DNA of 64,000 bases from the human T2T-CHM13v2.0 reference genome, Homo sapiens. The stretch lies in the NCBI RefSeq assembly GCF_009914755.1, contig NC_060933.1; one strand, 5' to 3'. Every line of letters begins with the position of its first letter. Positions within the stretch are counted from its first letter, which is position 1. A program made the position numbers and the translations under genes. The notes under the pieces were generated by a model. That model searched no databases and was not told the origin of the DNA. It worked only from the letters and a program-made list of their open reading frames with translations. Of this stretch, positions 43,375 through 62,065 are shown in pieces.

Positions 43375-44390
43375 ATGGGGAAAAAACAGAACAGAAAAAC
43401 TGGAAACTCTAAAAAGCAGAGCGCCTCTCCTCCTCCAAAGGAACACAGCTCCTCACCTGCAACGGAATAAAGCTGGATGGAGAATGACTTTGACGAGCTG
43501 AGAGAAGAAGGCTTCAGACAATCAAATTACTCTGAGCTACAGGAGGACATCCAAACCAAAGGCAAAGAAGTTGAAAACTTTGAAAAAAATTTAGAAGAAT
43601 GTATAACTAGAATAACCAATACAGAGAAGTGCTTAAAGGAGCTGATGGAGCTGAAAACCAAGGCTCGAGAACTACGTGAAGAATGCAGAAGCCTCAGGAG
43701 CCGATGCGATCAACTGGAAGAAAGGGTATCAGCGATGGAAGATGAAATGAATGAAATGAAGCGAGAAGGGAGGTCTAGAGAAAAAAGAATAAAAAGAAAT
43801 GAGCAAAGCCTCCAAGAAATATGGGACTATGTGAAAAGACCAAATCTACGTCTGATTGGTGTACCTGAAAGTGATGGGGAGAATGGAACCAAGTTGGAAA
43901 ACACTCTGCAGGATATTATCCAGGAGAATGTCCCCAATCTAGCAAGGCAGGCCAATGTTCAGATTCAGGAAATACAGAGAACGCCACAAAGATACTCCTC
44001 AAGAAGAGCAACTCCAAGACACATAATTGTCAGATTCACCAAAGTTGAAATGAAGGAAAAATGTTAAGGGAAGCCAGAGAGAAAGGTCGGGTTACCATCA
44101 AAGGGAAGCCCATCAGACTAACAGCGGATCTCTCAGCAGAAACCCTACAAGCCAGAAGAGAGTGGGGGCCAATATTCAACATTCTTAAAGAAAAGAATTT
44201 TCAACCCAGAATTTCATATCCAGCCAAACTAAGCTTCACAAGTGAAGGAGAAATAAAATACTTTACAGACAAGCAAATGCTGAGAGATTTTGTCACCACC
44301 AGGCCTGCCTTACAAGAGCTCCTGAAGGAAGCACTAAACATGGAAAGGAACAACCAGTAGCAGCCACTGTAAAATCATGCCAAAATGTAA
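43375..44390 (+). pseudogene. L1 ORF1p, disrupted (stop at 43468, frameshift near 44060, stop at 44358)
   Basis: ORF fragments 43477..44067 and 44061..44360. Confidence 0.92.
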
Positions 44391-44453
44391 AGACCATCGA
44401 GACTAGGAAGAAACTGCATCAACTAACGAGCAAAATAACCAGCTAACATCATA

Positions 44454-48289
<3,836 letters not shown>

Positions 48290-48530
48290 ACAATGAGATC
48301 ACATGGACACAGGAAGGGGAATATCACACTCTGGGGACTGTTGTGGGATGGAGGGAGGGGGGAGGGATAGCATCGGGAGATATACCTAATGCTAGATGAC
48401 GAGTTAGTGGGTGCAGCGCACCAGCATGGCACATCTATACGTATGTAACTAACCTGCACAATGTGCACATGTACCCTAAAACTTAAAGTATAATAAAAAA
48501 AAAAACCAAAAACAAAAAAAACAAAAAAAA

Positions 48531-48697
48531 CTAATAGCCAATATTTTTAATAAATTAAAATTACATTAACAGTTGACAAGAAACAGAATTATGCAAGTAC
48601 TCTAAATCAAGCTTGTTTAACCTGCGGCTGCAGATGGCTTTGAATATGGCCCGATATGAATTTGTAAACTTTGTGAAAACATTAAAAAAAAAAAAAA
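48531..48697 (+). other. L1 3' transduction (unique sequence, truncated MER30-like fragment, second poly-A)
   Basis: TSD aaaatcttc at 42459-42467 recurs only after the second poly-A, at 48694-48702. Confidence 0.82.
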
Positions 48698-50528
48698 TCT
48701 TCCACTCAAATTTTTTTTTTTTTAACAAAAATGTAAGTGCTAATCTAAATGCCTATCAGTAAGGGAATGATTAAATATAGCATGAAACACATTATGGTAT
48801 TTCAATGTAAAAAAAAAATCTAAATGTATTGACATAGAATGGTATTTAAGACGTATCTAATGAAAACTCGTTACAAAATGGTACATTTAGAATGATACTA
48901 TTTCCATAAAATTATATACATTTATATGCATTTTTAGATATGGATAATATCTAGGAAGAATACATTGTTAATAGCAGTTACCTATGTGGAGTAGGTACAG
49001 GGGCGAAAGGAATTCCTACATTTGATTCACTTACTTTTCTGTGTTTCAATTTTTAAAATATGAACATGTGGCAACATTTTCAAATAAAAGGTAATTTGAA
49101 AATATTAAGATTCTATGCACTTCTAGGAATTTTGGGCAAATTCAAGTTAATGTTAGAAAAAAAGAAGTGCCTAGTAAGTAGTAATTTCAGTTGTTTATCA
49201 GTAGCAATATTACGATGTCACATCCACTGCCACATAATCGGGGCTCCTGACATTTTCCAAAATAAAGTGTAGGAAGCAGCAGAAATAGCGAAGCACATGA
49301 GCTGAAATGTTACCATTGAAAAAGAAAGCCAGAAAAACCCGAGCTCAGATTAATCCATCATTATGGAGGTCCTGCTGTTCCCACTGTCCACATGTCTATT
49401 ATATTTGTTCATCTTCACAAATATTTTCTGAAGGTCCGATCTGTGCAAACAGTGGGTATTTTAAAATAAATAAGACACACCTGCTTCTCATGGCAGTTGC
49501 TGTATATAGCTTGGCTGATTCATCTTTCGCAATAGGTTGATTTAAATGTATCTAATTCTATCCTTGCGTTGCAGTCTGTTTTCCAATATCTGCAGTCTGT
49601 TTTCCAATTCAATAGTTTCTCTTTTGCAATGGTCTTTTCACTTTGGTTTCTTTTACTGTTGCTTTGTCTATTTTGTTAGATTTACTTTTCTTTTTTCAGT
49701 TTTGGATTTTTTAAATTATTTGCTTAAAAAAAATTCATTATTTTATTTATGTTCTTGTCCTTAAAGAAAAAAGAAACTCCTTGATTTTCACATAGTATTT
49801 CTCTGACTTCGAAAGCCTTTATACTTTTAAAATTAGCATCGTTTTTGATAGGATCCCTTTAAGGCATTGTTTTCCGTTCCTGTTTCACAGGTGAGGAAAA
49901 TGAGGCAGAGAATGAAACATTTCCATCTGGATGACCAAACCGTCAGCTCCTAAAGGGCCGCAGAGGCTGAGGGCGCTGCTGGCAGCCGGCCCTCTGTGGA
50001 CATTTGCTGAATAAACAGAAGATATGTGCACCAGTGTTCGCTCCTTTGGGTGATACCATCCCATTTTTATTTTCTGGATTTCCTTCCTGATGGGTCCATT
50101 GTTCCTCATTTTCCTCTAGCATTAAATTCCTTTATCTTTTCATTCCCACACAGTCGCTGCCTGTGGTTGAAAATTGAGTCACCTCTCAGGCCCCAGTGAC
50201 TTTCCTGGAGAAGTCCAGGAAGCAGGCCTGCTGCAAGATCCGGGCAAATTCCTGGAATCCATTCCCCGAGGTCAGCATATGAGCTCAAACCTGGGACTGA
50301 CCCGGGCAGACATAAGAAGGAACACTTCCCCCACACCCCACGAGGATTTGCACTCGAGTGTTCCAAACCATCCTGGGGCGAACGGGACACAGTGGGGAAC
50401 AACTGGTCATATCTTTATGCCAGCGTTTGCCAGAGCCTGCGCCCAGAGAACCAGCTCCACAGATCTATGCCAAAAGGCTCTATGCCAATTAAGTTTGTGA
50501 AGATCATATATTATATTCTCTGGGGATT

Positions 50529-50880
50529 GGCCGGGCTTGGGGGCTCATGCCTGTAATCCCAGCACTTTGAGAAGCTGAGGTCAGGAGTTTGAGACCAGCC
50601 TGGCCAACACGGCAAAACCCCGTCTCTACTAAAAGTACAAAAATTAGCCAGACGTGGTGGTGGGCGCCTTTAATCCCAGCTACTCAGGAGGCTGAGACAG
50701 GAGAATCGCCTGAACCCGGGAGTGGAGGTTGCAGTGAGCCGAGATGGTGCCACTGCACTCCAGCCTGGGAGACAAGAGCGAGACTCCATCAAAAAAAAAA
50801 AAAGGAAGGAGAAAGGGAAAGGAGGGAGGAAGGGAGGAAAAAAGGAAAGGAAAAAAAGAAAAAATGAAAAGAAGAAAAGA
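50529..50880 (+). mobile_element. Alu with left-arm internal deletion and a purine-rich (GA) tail
   Basis: 'gaagctgagg|tcaggag' collapse between two tgagg repeats. Confidence 0.85.
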
Positions 50881-50974
50881 TTTCTTGGTCAAAATGAGAC
50901 ATACAAAACCAAACATTTCTAGAGGACATCTCAGAGTCTGTAACAGATTCTTGGGCATTATAAAGACCTTCCTT

Positions 50975-51290
50975 GGCCGGGCACGGCGGCACACGCCTAT
51001 AATCCCAGCACTTTAGGAGGCCGAGATGGGCGGATGACGAGGTCAGGAGATAGAGACCATCCTGGCTAACACGGTGAAACCTCGCCTCTACTAAAAATAC
51101 AAAAAATTAGCCGGGCGTGGTGGCGGGCGCCTGTAGTCCCAGCTACTTGGAGGCTGAGGCAGGAGAATGGTGTGAACCTCGGAGGCGGAGCTTGCGGTGA
51201 GCCGAGATGGTGCCACTGCACTCCAGCCTGGGCAACAAAGTGAGACTCCGTCTCAAAAAATAAATAAATAAATAAAAATAAATAAATAAA
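50975..51290 (+). mobile_element. Alu (AluY/Sc-like) with (TAAA)n tail
   Basis: CpG-rich dimer; TSD-like taaag(a/t)ccttcct. Confidence 0.9.
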
Positions 51291-51734
51291 GTCCTTCCTC
51301 CCTTCCTTCGAGAAGCACAGGTCTGAGACATAACCCCAAGAGATATGTGGGCCTCTATGGACAGCTAGGACTGCATCTAACAAGAATCTAGTAAATGCAG
51401 CCTGAACTGCTCTGTGGTATTTTTATTCCAGAAAGCCTCAAGATTCAGGAGTCAGGCTGCCTGCACTTGAATCTTGGCTCTGACCTTTTAAAATGTGCAA
51501 CCTTATACGAGTTACAGAATTTCTATATGCCTCAGTTTCCTTATCTGTAAAATGCGAAAAGTAACACTACTTACTTAGAAAGTTGTTGTAAGGATTAAAT
51601 GCGTTGATTTAGGTAGGGATAGGGAACACTGCCTTGCCAATCATGACTGATGACATATAAGGATTAGATATTGCTGTTACCATCATTTCAGTAATTTTGT
51701 TAAAAATTAAATACAATAGCGGTTTTCAAAACCA

Positions 51735-53893
51735 AGTGACCTGGATTCCAATGGAATTTTTTGAAAAAATAGGAAAATCTATTCTAAAATTTATTTGAAA
51801 TTTCAAGGGACCTCAAATAGCCAAAACAATCTTGAAAAAGAATAAAGCTGGAAGTCTTACACCTCCTAATTTTAAAACTAATTACAAAGCTACAGTAATC
51901 AAAACAGTATAGTACTGGCATAAACACTGATATAGCTGAGCACTGTGGCTCACTCCTGTAATCCCAAGTACTATAGGAAGGCTGAGATAGAAGGATTGCT
52001 TGAGCCCAGGAGTTTGAAGCTGCAGTGAGCTATGATTGTATCATGTCACTGCACCCCAGCCTGGATGAGACTCTAAAATAAATAAATAAAAAGACAGATA
52101 TATAGACTAGTGGAACAGAATAGAGAGTCCAGAAATAAACCCATGCCTATATTGTCAAATGATCTTTGATAAGGTTGCTGAGACCATTTAATGGGGAAAT
52201 TATTCAACAAATGATGCTGGGAAAACAAGATATCCACATGTAAAAGAATGAAGTTGGACCCTCACCTTATGCAATATACCAAAATTGCTCAAAATGGATT
52301 AGCAATAAAAACATAAGACCCAAAATAGAAACTTCTAGCATAAAACATAGAAGAAAAACTTCATGACATTGGATTTGACAATATTCCTTGGATATGACAC
52401 CAAAAGCATAGGCAACAAAAGAAAAAATAGATGGGACAACATGAAACTTAAAACCTTCTGTGCATCAAAGGATGCAATCAAGAGTGAAAGGCAACCTATG
52501 GAATGAGAGAAAACATTTGCAAGTCATATATCTGATAAGGGGTTAATATCTAGAATACATAAAGAACTCCTGAAACCCAACAACAAAAATGTACATAACC
52601 TGATTAAAAAATGGGCAAAAGAAATGGGCAAAGACATTTCTCCAAAGATGATATGCAAATGGCCAACGAGCATATGAAAAGATGCTCCACATCACTAATC
52701 ATTAGAAAAATGCAAATCAAAACTACAATGATATATCACTTCATACTCATTAGGATGGCTACTGTTAAAAAAACAAACAAAAAACAAACAAACAAAAAAC
52801 CAAAAACCAGAAAATAACAAGTGTTGGTGAGGATACAGAGAAATTGGAACACTTGTGCACTGTTGGTGGGAATATAAAATGATGCAGCCTCTTTTAAAAA
52901 CAGGATGGTGGATCCTCAAATCGATTAAAAATAGAATTACCATATGATTTATCAATCCCACTTCTTGTTATAAGTCCAAAAGAATTTAAAGTAGGATCTC
53001 AAAGAGATATTTGCACAACCACATTCATAGCAGTTATAGGCATAATAACCAATAGGTGGAAGCAACTCAAGCGCCCATTAATGGAAGAATGGAAGTATTA
53101 GTCCATTTTCATACTGCTACAAAGAACTACCTGAGACTGGGTAATTTATTAAAAAGAGAGGTTTAATTGACTCAGAGTTCTGCATGGCTGGGGAGGCCTC
53201 AGGAAACTTACAATCACGACTGAAAGCAAAGGGAAAGCAAGGCACATCTTACATGGCAATAGAAGAGAGAGAGCAAAGGGGGAAGTGGCACACTTTCAAA
53301 CAACCGGATATCGTGAGAACTCACTCATTATCATGAGAACAGCAGCGGGAAGTCTGCCCTCAGGGTCCAATCACCTCCCACAAGGCACCTCCCCCAACAC
53401 ATGGAGATTATAATTCAAGATGAGATTCAGGTAGGGACACAGAGCCAAACCATATCAATGGATAAAGAAAATGTGGTATATGCATACACGAAATATTATT
53501 CAGCCTTAAAAAGGAAGAAAATCCAGTCACAGGCTATAGTATGAATGAACTTTGAGGACAGCATGCTAAATGAAATCAGCCAGTCACATAAGCGAGTCAC
53601 ACATGAAAAAACAAAACAAAAAACCATTACTGTATGATTCCACTATCTGAAGTATCTAAAGCAGTGACATTCATAGAAACAGAAAGTAGAATGGTGGTTG
53701 CCAGGGGCCGGGGAGATGGGGAAATGTTGTTTAATGGGTATTGAGTTTTAGTTTTAAGAAATGAAAACGTTCTGGAGATCTAGGCACGGCAATGTGAATG
53801 TACCTACCATAACTGAACTGTACACTTAACAATGGTTAAGACGGTAAATTTTATGTTATGTGTTTCTTACCACGATTAAAAAAAAAAAAAAAA
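51735..53893 (+). mobile_element. Old L1 3' portion (L1MB-like), interrupted by an Alu monomer (about 51935-52090) and a THE1 LTR
   Basis: Degenerate ORF2 (ORF 52611..52817); 3' end 'aatggttaagacggtaaattttatgttatgtgt' followed by poly-A. Confidence 0.82.
53094..53457 (-). mobile_element. THE1D-like MaLR solo LTR
   Basis: Ends in 'cagagccaaaccatatca'; 5-bp TSD atgga on both sides. Confidence 0.85.
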
Positions 53894-54789
53894 AGCAGGT
53901 GCCCTGGGAAAGGGTACAAGATAGGTTTTTCTAAGCTCACAAAACCACCTTTGGATCATAAATCTGAAGGTGGACAGCCTGACAGGGACACTTAAGAGCT
54001 GTGGGATCTGTCTGTGAAGATCTCGACTGTGTGGGTGCCCACCCAGGTGCACTACAGCTTGATGTCCTGGGACAGCTGATGCTTCCACCACTGCTTCAAT
54101 TTAGGCATCATTTTTACCCCTGAACCACCAGAAAGGTGCTCTTCAACCGCTCCCACAAGGAGCTATATCCTATCAGCCTGTGGAAATAAATCATCTCAGA
54201 ATGTCACATAAAACACTTGTAAAAGGATCCCAGATTTATGTTAAAAACTCCTTTCAGGGAATTCTTATCAGCTAGAGGTTATTAAAAAAACTGGCAATTA
54301 AATCTAATCTAGTCAGGGTGTATCTTTTTAAAGACACAATGTCACCTTGAAATTTTAAGTAAAGTCCAAATAGTTTATTTTTAAGATAAGCTGATATTTT
54401 AAAGATGTATTTTAAATACATTAGGAGGAACTCTGAGAGTCATGGGAAGTGGCAAAGGCAGAGGAGGTGACAAAATGAGACCTCCCTGGAGACCAGAATT
54501 AGCAGGAGACAGTGAAGGCGATAAAAATGTTAGGAGAGAGAAGAGATTTGGCTCTTGATCTTAGCCAGAAGCCCCTCAGTAGACGGAGTGATTTAGACTT
54601 TAAAAGAGGCTTTATTTTCTCAGAGATATTAATAAAAAAACTTTTAAAAAGTCTTATTCATTATAAAAACATAGTTTACTTATAGAAAACTTACCATATA
54701 TTTTATATATAAAAATAGAATTATATATGATAGAAAATATAAAGGAAAAATATTCCTAAATTTTGCCACTATGGATGATCACTATTAAC

Positions 54790-55095
<306 letters not shown>

Positions 55096-55429
55096 CCACT
55101 ATTAATTTTTTATTTTATTTATTGATACACAATAGATGTACATATTTTGGGGAGTACATGTGATAATTTAATACATTAATATAATTTGTAAAGATCAAAT
55201 CAGCATCACTTGGGATGGCTATCACTTGAAATATTTGTCTATTCTTTATGCTAAAAAATATTCAAATTTTTTTTAACTATTTTAAAAATATATAATAGAT
55301 TACTCTAAACTATAGTCACTCTAATGATCTGGCAAAAACTAGGGCTTAGTTCTTCCACCAAACTGTACTTTTAATTGACCTCTCTTCATCTTCTCCTGAC
55401 CATTAAATTTTTTACTGTATTCAGATGTA

Positions 55430-55970
55430 ATAGTTAGCCCAGTGTCCTCCCCAGACTCTTTCTTCTTTTGATAACAGCACCTCTATTCCCCTTTGGGGAA
55501 TAATTTCTGCATCACACTAAGTCCCAGGGTTTGAGGGATGAAGGTAATTTCCTTTCCCGTCAGAGACAGGCAACTGACCCAGGACTGACCAATCAACAGA
55601 GTCCCCGCCCCTGCCACAGTGATTGGTTCCACGAATAAGCATGTGACACCAGTTCTTCCAAGGAGACTCAACCCAGATTTTGTTGAAACCTCTGGGAAAA
55701 AGAAAGCCTTTCTCTGGGGATTGCAGTTGACTGTAATGTAAACCTGAGGGCCTATGGAGAGAGGAACCCACTGTATTAAGAAACAGAGACAATGAGTGAA
55801 GGAAAAAAAATGGGTAAACATTGACTGCGTGGTTGGAGCTTTCTTATTCACTTCTTCCTAGAGCCAGATTAGTTCTTAGGTTTTCATAATATGAGCCAAT
55901 TAATATTCTTTTTAACCTAAGCAGGGTAAGTTGAGTTTTTGTCACCCATCACCCAAAATGACCTCACTGA
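55430..55970. mobile_element. Old ERVL LTR (LTR16-like)
   Basis: 'ccctgccacagtgattggttc','atgagccaat','gagtttttgtcac..acccaaaa'. Confidence 0.5.
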
Positions 55971-56214
55971 TAAAACAGATTGGGAAAAATATGTATGTTC
56001 TCAGGAAGCTTACATGTGGTATATTCTTGATTATAGAGACAGGGTTAACTCCCATATAAAGGAAGTGCCAGGGTCATGAACCCTGAAATTAGGCACACCT
56101 TCATATATTTGTTGGATGAATGCATTTCGTTTATCACTCCTCTAATTCTGAATGCAAATGAAAGAATATCATAGAATATCATGGGAGGGGACAGGCCCTG
56201 AAACCTGATGCTAA

Positions 56215-56720
56215 CATATATGTGCATGTATTTATCTATATATATATATTTATGCCCCCATAAATTATATTTGTGTATGTATATATACATATATACACAT
56301 ATGTATTTGCGTACCCCATGAATATTTTTGTGTATACATAAAATATATATAGTATACATTATATGTACATATTATATATATATACACATATATACACACA
56401 CACGAATATATATTGATGGGATACAATGTGATGTTTTGACATATATTTACACTGTAGAATGATTAGATTAAGAAAATTGACAAATCCATCACCTCACATA
56501 CTTATGTTTTTTGTGGTGAAAACATTTAAAATCTACATTTTTAGTAATTTTGAAATATACAATGCATGATTATTTATTATAGTCACCACTCTACAACAGA
56601 TCACTAAAGTTTATTCTTCAGATCTAACTGAAATTTTGTACCCTTTGATCAATCACTCCCCTTTCCTTCATCCGCTTTCCAGTCTCTGGCAACCACCATT
56701 CTACTCTACATCTACGAGTC
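56215..56720 (-). mobile_element. (TA/CA)-rich low-complexity tract followed by an L1MA-like 3' fragment
   Basis: 'tccatcacctcacatactta','ggcaaccaccattctactct'. Confidence 0.7.
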
Positions 56721-57179
56721 TGAGGCTACTTTTTGAAAAAGCTGCTTGAGTTTGCCTGGCCTGCTAGTTTGTCTCCCAGCACGGTTTCTCAGAGACAAGT
56801 CAAAGGGAGCAGGGAGAGGAGGAGGAGTCAGCTGCAGACTCAACCCCAGGGCAGCTCCAGAGTCCCTGTGCTCCCTTCCTGTCTCAGTCTCATTTCCTCC
56901 ACTTTCCCAATGGTTGGGGTCTAACAGATCTAAGTTAGCTACCTCTTCGCAGTGGCAAAATTCCAGGTTAACTTAGGGTTTCAATATTCTTTGAGGATTC
57001 TGGACTTCCTTAGATATCCAGCGTAAAGCTGATGGACTTCTTCAGGTCCCTTCATACTCATTGTCCCACAAGAAATTTCTCCTTAGCCTTTCACACCAGT
57101 TTAAGAAAAACAATGCTCACAAACAGGGAGGCAATCTACCCTGGTGGGGGTCAATGGGACTCACTCCACTTCTGCCTCT

Positions 57180-57635
<456 letters not shown>

Positions 57636-57827
57636 TAGAAGATGCTGGGTTACACTTAGCCTTCTATATTTACTCTGGGTCTCCAAGGAGGTTATGGATC
57701 CCCCTGAAGGGATGCAGAGACTCATCACTGAAGTACAATAAACGGTTTATGGGGTTGGGGGCCTGTCACCAATCACAGGACCATCAGGAATTCCTGGCAC
57801 ATATGCTGTCACATTCCTAAGGTATCT

Positions 57828-58210
57828 ATTATGGGAGGAATTGCATCCTCCAAGATTCTTATGTTGAAGTCTTAACCCTTAGTACCTCAAGGTGTGTGTT
57901 TGGAAATGGGGTTTTTGCAGAAGTAATTAAGTGAAAATGAGGTCATTCGGGTGGGCCATAGTTCAATATGAATGGCATCCTTATAGCAAGAGGAAATTTG
58001 GACACAAACACACACAGAGGGAAGACCGGAAGACCAGAAGACATGGGGAGAAGACAGCCATATGCAAGCTAAGGAGAGAGAGGCCTCAGAAGAAACCAAT
58101 TCTAGCAATACCTTGATCTCAGATTTCCACAACTGTGAGAAAATAAATGTCTACCGTTTAAGCCACCTCATCTTTGGTACTTTGTTATAGCAGCCCTAGC
58201 AAACCAATAA
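57828..58210 (+). mobile_element. MLT1B-like LTR
   Basis: 'atgttgaagtcttaaccc','gaggcctcagaagaaaccaa','ctttgttatagcagccctagcaaac'. Confidence 0.8.
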
Positions 58211-58859
58211 AGTATCAGATCTTCACCGGTATATCCAGTGTCAAGGAGGAGACTCTTGACTCTGGAAGGAGTATATCAGTCCTTTCATTCATCTTCTCTG
58301 CTAGAAAGCCCTTCTATGGCTGCCTGACAGATCTCCAGGGAGAGAGAGGAACCTAAGTTAGGCCCCTTGACACTGGGAGAAAGAGGTCATCCCGCTTACT
58401 TACATGTATCCTGCTGCACAGTATAATCACATTCTATGAAGCTAATTATAAGACTTGATTAATTTCATACCCTCCTGAGGGATACATTCAGTAATCATAC
58501 GGCTCTGCCAACCTCTTGGGGAGAACTGATTCATTTAACCATCTCTTTTTCATTTCTATGTCTTCACTGTATAAATGTAAACAGATATTCAGGGAAGAAA
58601 ATGTGCTTATGCTTTTAAATAATTGTTGTTCACAGAGTTATAGCATTACATGAGATTCCATGACTCTGTCTTATACATCACTCACATTTTTGGGTTACCA
58701 GGTCCCTGCTGATAGATGAAAGTACTGGAAAATAAACATAACAGCTCAATACCAGCTATATACTCATCCAGCTAATGGCAAGCACATAAAAAAACTTGGT
58801 GAGACACTCATCATAGGAAATCCAATCTCTGTCTTTATTGCAAAGACAGGAGCTCTTTT

Positions 58860-59452
58860 GTTTTTATTTTTGTTTTTATTTTTTTGTGACAGGGTCTCAC
58901 TCTGTCACCCAGGCAGGAGTGCAGTGGCATGAACACGGCTCACTGCAGCCGTGACTTCCCAGGCTCAAGTGATCCTCTCACCACAGTCTCCAAATAGTTG
59001 GGACCACAGGCATCCACCACCATGCCTGGCTGTTTTAAAAAAATTTTTGGTAGAGTCAGGGTCTGACTGTGTTGTCCAGGCTGGTCTGGAACTTCTGGTC
59101 TCAAGAGATCCTCTCACTTTGTCTCCAGAGTAGATGGGACCACAGGTATGTGCCACCATGCCCAGCTAAGTTTTTAAAAAAAGTTTTTCGGTAGAGATGG
59201 TGTCTCACTATGTTGCCTAGGCTGGTCTCAAACTCTTGGCCTCAGGAGATCCTCCCATCTTCGCCTCCTGAGTAAGTGGGACCACAGGTGTGAGCTACCA
59301 CAGCTGGCTAAGGCATTTTTTGAAAATTTTTTCATAGAGATGGGGTCTCACTGTGTTGCCCAGCCTGGGGTCAAACTCCTGGCCTCGAGTGATCCTCCCA
59401 CCTTGGCCTCCCAAAGTGTCAGGACTACAGGCATGAGCCACCGCACCCAGCC
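58860..59452 (-). mobile_element. Tetrameric AluJ-like element (one right arm plus three left-arm-like units)
   Basis: Four successive ~140 bp monomers separated by T/A-rich linkers. Confidence 0.8.
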
Positions 59453-61746
59453 CAGCCATGAGCCTTGATTACATCTGAACTTAGTCTAATGTACAAGGAA
59501 AACTTCCCCATGGCCAGCCCAGGAATGAGGCTCAACTCCATCCCACATTTGCTTTCTTTCAATGATCTCTACTGACCTTTCTATAGATAAACAGTCTCTA
59601 GCTCTCCTTTCATCTCCATTTTACCTGTGTCCTCCTTACCTACCTCATGCTCAGCTGCTCTCTTGGGATCACACTATGTTGGTTTCACTCCTATTTTATT
59701 TTAGGAAGAACTATTTTTAGAACATCCAATTTCATCAACCTTTCCTGGATATTTCTGGGAACTGGATGTAGAAAAATATAATTGTTAAGGGGTAACACTG
59801 GTGGGCAATGGTGGCTTTATGAATGGGACTTTCATCTTGGGTTTGAGCAGCACTAAATCCTGCTTTTCAGGGCAATATTGAAAGCATGTGTTTGGTTTTC
59901 AATTTTTGGATTGGAAGGGATATTGAATGCTCTCTCTCTCCAGGTAAAACCATATCAAGATTGTTCTAGTAATCTGCCTAGGGTTTCCAAAGCAGACTGC
60001 CACAAGCTTTGACAGTTGTAGCTTCTTTCTGATACTCACTGTTTGTTTCTCAGGCCATTCATTCCGGTAGGAGTTCAACAAACATTTGAGTCCTAGAGCC
60101 ATATGGAAAGTGTTAGCCTCGGGGGAGGCTGTATTACAAAAAGAATGGATCAGAGACACATTCTGCTCTCAGAGAATTTAAAATCTAGGAGGATAAAGAG
60201 GAAAAGACACATACAGGTTCACACAAAACAGCACAGGAGGGGCTAAAAGACATGAGAGTCCTACACGAATTTCAGAGATAGCAGCAGTTCCTCCAGATGC
60301 GGGGGTAGAGTAGAGCAATCTAGAAGCCTCCAATAAAAGGTGGTATCTGGCCCGTTAGTAAGCCAGGGAGGCAATGAGGATAGATTATATCTGAACTCTC
60401 CTGTTCTTTTTCTTCCCACTTTCTCCTCAGTTCCTGAGCCCACAATCAAGACTCATTCTGTTCTTGCAACCTATGAGTCAGAATCTCCTTGGAGCTTGTC
60501 ACAGACAACATTTGGCCTCACCCCTGCCCTGAAGCTGGGTGTTCTCTTTCTATAGCAACTGCCCAGGAAGTAAGAGCCTGACCAGAGGAAAACGTCACCA
60601 TCCTCTTCACACCCCATCCCAATAGGTACACCTCAGTAGATACAGAGGTCTGCAGACCTGCCCTCTTGGCAACAAAGAAAGTGTAGTCATAGAGACCATT
60701 GTCCAACACCAGGACCATGACCTAAGGCTGATGAATCAGATGTGGTTTTTCACTTGCAGTAAGTGTTGCTGCCCAAGTCGGCTCTGTCTTGTTCCATTGA
60801 GGAGAGAGTTTTGTGCTTTCTTTGCTTGCTTATATGAACTTATATCAAGTAACTCACCAAGGCTGCAGGTTCTCAGACACGAAGAATGAAATGATGACCT
60901 TTCACAGGGCTTGCCAATTCTTCTGTGGGCACCTCCCCAGTAGGTTCTCATCTTCCTCAATTTTCATGCCCTCTAGCTTTCTTCCGTGTCTGCAGTTCTA
61001 AAACTACCTCCCTTCTTTCCATCCCAGGAACAGTTCCAGCCTTGACTTCCAGTCTCAGGTGGATTGCCACTTCCCATCTGCCCTCCCATTTCTCTTGCAT
61101 CATTGCCAGTCTATTGCAATCACAATACCCAGCTCAAGAAACATCAGCTTTCCATTGCTGACAAAAAACACTGAATACAGACTTCCTTGTTGCAGCCTCA
61201 GGGCCTCTTAACCATTTAGAATAATCCATCCTTAGCTTCTCCAGCTGCTCTACCTTTTAGGCAAAATGAGATTCTCTTAAGTCTCCCAACTCCAACCGAT
61301 AGCTCTCCTGACTCCATAGCTGGGTTTATTATATTCCCTCCAGCTGCAGTGTTCCTTCTCCCAACCTATTGAAATCTACCTCATCCATGAATCCTGTGGT
61401 AGCCACTCTACAACAAAGGAAATGAAGCAACACTTTCTGACCTTTAAGCACCCAGAGCCCCACCGTTGTGTAATCTCTTATGGAATTGATTTCACTCTGT
61501 CCTTCACAGCCATTTGTTTTACTCTCTCCTCCCCACACGAGAGTGAGGAGAGACTGCACCTTAGTTACCTTTGTATCATATGCATTTCTTAGGGATAGCA
61601 TCCTGTTAATAATAAACACTCAAGTTCTGACAGTAGAGTTGTTTCATTTTCCCCAAATGCATATGAGTTTAAGGGTTGTAAATGAATTAGGAAATGCCAC
61701 CTTATCCTAAAAATAGAAGAGTGGTAGATTTATTTTTAAGCCATGA

Positions 61747-62065
<319 letters not shown>

